Assembly: GCA_964016885.1 (NCBI GenBank) | Contig: OZ024741.1 | Location: 97,464,001 to 97,528,000 of the forward strand | Source of the DNA: Eledone cirrhosa | Taxonomy: Eukaryota | Direction of reading: 5' to 3' | DNA: 64,000 bases | Shown here: in pieces, positions 57,618 through 64,000 of the stretch | Position numbering within the stretch: the first letter of the stretch is position 1 | Layout: every line of letters starts with the position of its first letter | Program-made: the position numbers and the translations under genes | Notes under the pieces: generated by a model | Told to the model about the DNA's origin: nothing | What the model saw: the letters and a program-made list of their open reading frames with translations, nothing else | The model's database searches: none

Positions 57618-57988
57618 TGTATATATACTTTTGTTCCTCAGGACCCTCATCATCATCAACACTCATTAACACCACACGCTACACCCCAGACACATCCAAA
57701 TTTCTCTTATATATAGTCACACATTTCAATTTCAACACAACCTGATCTCAGTTTGACAATCGCCACAGACAGACGAATGCGAGAAGTTATCCAACCCAAG
57801 TTAACCAGGAATCTCTAAAATTCTTCCCACCGAAGTTAACAAAGAACTTACTGGATCTACCAATTCTTAATATTATAATATTATATTATAACATTAAATC
57901 ATAAAATCTTTTAACACTAGAAGTGAAGTCATTATTTTCCTTTTTTTCAAATATACCTAACTGTACCAAAGATCTCACACATTTTCCA
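56566..57988 (+). mobile_element. Fold-back element (~590 bp arms) with 33 bp one-sided tail in (TA)n
   Basis: Arms ~56566-57149 and 57356-57955; tail 57956-57988. The spacer holds a SINE. Confidence 0.85.
57149..57317 (-). mobile_element. SINE in the hairpin spacer
   Basis: Reverse-complement match to the SINE family, slightly 5'-truncated. Confidence 0.9.
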
Positions 57989-57992
57989 ATAT

Positions 57993-58135
<143 letters not shown>

Positions 58136-58163
58136 TGTGTGTGTGTGTGTGTGTGTGTATATA

Positions 58164-58365
58164 TAGAAGTGGTTACACAACAGTTAGTTCACCATACCGA
58201 GAACAATTGTTTCACCTTAGCGGATCCTCAGCTCGTAGGATCCGCTAAGGTGAAACAATTGTTCTCGGTATGGTGAACTAACTGTTGTGTAACCACTTCT
58301 ACCTAACTCGTCCCATGATACGAGTGCTCTACCACTACGGATATTACCTATCAGTGTTCCACCAC
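58164..58365 (+). mobile_element. Perfect 65 bp-arm hairpin with 64 bp tail in (TA)n
   Basis: Arms 58164-58228 and 58237-58301, 8 nt loop, tail 58302-58365. Contains GAAA-caattg-TT. Confidence 0.85.
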
Positions 58366-59268
58366 TATATATATATATATATATATGCGCAAACATACGA
58401 CGTCCACACGGAAACGCACCTGTACTCACATGATTTAAATTGTGTATAATCTAAATTGTGGCAATCCGGGTCACATAACATATGTTGGCATCCAGTTTGG
58501 TACAGCTATCTGGTTGTTTATCACTGGGCTCATATTTAACTGTGATTTACGGCACAATGGTTGTAATTTTTTTTTCTCAGGTCAAGTACCGGCATCTCTT
58601 TTCTTTCTTTCGTTACCCAAAGAATGTTGTAAAATTCTTTCATTAAAAATAACAGATAACCTGATACGCTAAATATGTTCCTCCTGTCAAGATATGAAGC
58701 AGTTTACGCTACAGGTTATCTATTATACGGAACCAGTATGATATTCTATAAACGATACAGATAACAGCCAATTCCTTAGGAATAATTGAGAGAAACTCTA
58801 ACTATGTATGTATACGAGTCTAACTGATTCATTTGCTGAAATATAATAGTTTTCTGAATGGCAAAATGTACATATTTATACGGCATATACTCATAATTAC
58901 ATATGGACACATTGCTCACACCAACGCACGCACACCACAATATATATATATATATATAATCTCTGATGATATGGAATCGATTGTGCATTGGATATCGAAT
59001 GTTCTACTAACTATATAATATTATAGATGCAGCGAGATATAGGCAAATTGATGTCTATTGAAACGTACGTTAGAACCGAATAAATCTCTTTTACTGCATC
59101 TTTCTGTTCTTTTTGATTCTTTATACACGCCCCGGAGTATAGCTAAACTGGAATATAAACCTATTTTCTGCATTTCGTCGAGCACCACTCTGTTGTAAGC
59201 TGACCTTCCCCTACACGGTACATAGCACTGTGTCCTGGAAAACCTTAATGCACTCGTGCATAACCAAT

Positions 59269-59304
<36 letters not shown>

Positions 59305-59323
59305 TATATATATATATATATGT

Positions 59324-59408
<85 letters not shown>

Positions 59409-59512
59409 CTGCAACCCCATGCATTGAAACACATTGTTAATAAGACAAAACCTATATATTTGCTAGCATTGATGTGCATCTGTCTGTATATAAATGTTAC
59501 TAGATATAAATT

Positions 59513-59547
<35 letters not shown>

Positions 59548-59585
59548 TTTATATATATATATATATATATATATGCATTTATATA

Positions 59586-59677
<92 letters not shown>

Positions 59678-60254
59678 ATGCTGTTTAAGAACAAACGATT
59701 AATATGTTCATAACTTTGCTTAATTTCGAAGCTGTCGAATGATTATGTATCTGGATATGTACCTTATTTTGTGGGCAGGTATGTTTCTCTAACTATTTTA
59801 TATGGAAAGAAATTAGAAAGTGTCACAACATAACGTTTTGATCAAGAAACATTGAATATATGCTGGAAAAATATATTATTCGCTCTACAAATATATATCA
59901 AATACCACGTTTACCACATTTGATGAAAATATTTAATTAATTGAATCGACGTTACGTTTTGGTGGGGTGCGTCATGTCATTGGCTCTTAGTTTTAGTGTA
60001 TATGACGGACTGAATATGCACATGTTTATGGCTGACAGAATACGCACGTCTGTTGTTTTGTTTGTCATATTTTCTGTCCCTTCCTCCTCTCACTCTTCAC
60101 CTTTCTAATTCATCGTTTATTTCTCATTCTATCTTCTGATAACAGTCTAAAATGTTAAAACTGCTTTACTCTTATTTCAAGCGTTAAACTAATATATTTC
60201 TACATTGTACAGTGTTTTTTGCCTAGTTAGATTTGTTTACATTTTGCACACACA

Positions 60255-62003
<1,749 letters not shown>

Positions 62004-62018
62004 TAATAATAATAATAA

Positions 62019-64000
62019 AAATCTATCGATTGCTTGGATAGATTATAAAAAAGCATTTGATAGTTTGCCACACAGTTGGATTGAAAAATGTTTAGAGATT
62101 TTCAAAATATCCCCCGTTATCAGGAGGTTTTTGTCATTCAGTATGAGGACATGGAGAACGACACTCCTTTTGAATAGTGAAACAAAATCACTGGAAGCTG
62201 GAGAAGTTAACATTAATTGTGGAATTTTTCAGGGTGACTCTTTATCACCGCTTTTATTCTGCATCGCACTTATACCATTAAGTAAAATGCTCAATGAAAC
62301 AAAACATGGATATAGAGTCTATGACAAAACCATTAATCACCTGTTCTACATGGATGACCTGAAACTATTTGCAAAAAATGATGAACAATTGCAAGGGCTA
62401 TTATCCACTGTGAAGCAGTTCAGTGATGACATTAAAATGGAGTTTGGACTGGATAAATGCGCCAAAGCAACGTTCACCAGAGGAAAGCTGCTGAAGAGTT
62501 CAGACATTAATCTTGATCGGGGGAACGTGATAAGAGAGCTTGATCAAGAACAAACTTACAAATATCTAGGTGTTTGTGAAGGAGACGGAATCAAGCGACA
62601 ATGAGAGAAAGGATAAGGAAGGAATGTTACCGCAGAGTCAGAGCAATCTTAAGAACGGAATTGAATGCAAGGAATAGGATCGATGCCATAAACACGCTTG
62701 CCATACCAGTAGTAACCTACAGTTACAATGTCATCAACTGGTCAAGCACAGAGATCCGTAGGCTCGATACAAAAATCCGAAAATTCTTAACCATGCACAG
62801 AATGCATCACCCTAAGGCAGACATAGATAGAATATATCTCCCTAGGAAAGAAGGAGGACGTGGGTTAATCCAGTGAGACATTGCGTTGAAAACTGCAACA
62901 ATTGGATTATCCACATATCTAAGGGAATCACATGATTGGATGATCAAACTCGTTTTGAAACACGAAAGCACCAAAAGATCATATTCCATTACAAAAGATG
63001 CACAAAGATACAGTAATGGACTACAAATTTCCGACTTCCATTTACTGCTGAAATGGAAAACACAGAAAAAGCAAAGCAGGTAAAAGTAACTGCAAAGAAA
63101 GAACTGCTACAGAAACTGGCTAAGAAATGGCAAGAAAAGCCTCTGTATGGAAAATACCCAGAGCAAGCTAACAATCCTGATGTTGACAAAACTTTAACCC
63201 ATCAGTGGTTGGCATCCTTTGGACTGAAATCGGAGACTGAAGGACTGATTATATCCGCACAAGATCAGTGTCTGCCAACAAAAAATTACCAAGCCAACAT
63301 AATAAAAATTGGGTGCAGCCCATTATGCCGTGTATGCAAAAAACAACCAGAGACCATTGACCATATAATTTCAATGTGCAGTCCTATAGCTCCAACCGAA
63401 TACCTAAACAGGCATGACAGAGCTGCACAATACATACATTGGATAATGTGTTAGCATTTTGACCTGCCCCATCAAAAGAATTGGTGGGAGCATCAACCAC
63501 CTCCCATACTTGAAAAAGATCACATCTCAATCTTGTGGAACTTTAGCATCCAAACAGACCGAAAAATAGATGCAAATAGACCTGATATAATATTGAAGGA
63601 CTTTCAAAAGAGGGTATGCCTGCTAATTGATATGTCTGTTCCAATAGACAAGAATGTATCTATAAAAACATTTGAAAAATTGAGCAAGTATAAGGACCTG
63701 GAGATAGAAATTGGAAAAATGTGGAAATTGAGAACTAAAACAATACCAGTGGCTGTAGGCGCTCTGGGAATGATACCTAAGGGGTCTAACGACTACTTAT
63801 CGCAAATCCCAGGAAACCCGCGTATAGGAGAAATACCAAAGATAGTACTAATGGGAACTGCCCATATACTAAGGAAGATCCTGTCAATATAAGTACATCA
63901 CAAGTCTAAACACTAAGGATGCATGTGTGAATATGTGTGTTCTTTCTTGAACATGGCGGACCTTGTTGTCTCTTGAGGTCACTGGTTGTGACTTGGTGAT
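62019..64000 (+). mobile_element. Dong-like family A, second tandem 5'-truncated copy (runs off the window)
   Basis: WIDYKKAFDS, QGDSLSPLLF, YMDDLKL and an RLE domain; highly similar to the preceding copy. Confidence 0.95.

Noticed and set aside
58961-59010. CTGATGA...cGAAt hammerhead-like string
   Set aside because: Stems I and III cannot be formed convincingly.

Overview
This is AT-rich, microsatellite-dense eukaryotic DNA made almost entirely of transposon relics. It is probably molluscan or cephalopod, an inference from the SINE type and repeat landscape. No host protein-coding gene is supported. About 5.5-27 kb is a nested pile of retroelements inserted into (TAA/ATT)n: two R4/Dong-like RLE LINE families, Tx1/L1-like LINEs and a tRNA-derived SINE. 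The window also holds RTE LINE fragments, a Penelope-like element (PLE), a decayed Rep/PIF1 Helitron with a head-to-tail deletion derivative and a fold-back at its 5' end, a mariner relic, a hAT MITE and a tandem Dong pair at the right end. The most striking pattern is at least seven fold-back elements from about six sequence families, each embedded in (TA)n. All share one asymmetric design: inverted arms plus a 33-160 bp tail on one side only. Several carry whole or truncated minimal hammerhead-ribozyme-like motifs, and one still encodes Penelope RT/GIY-YIG, which points to PLE-generated hairpin insertions. All coordinates were read by eye and element ends are approximate.
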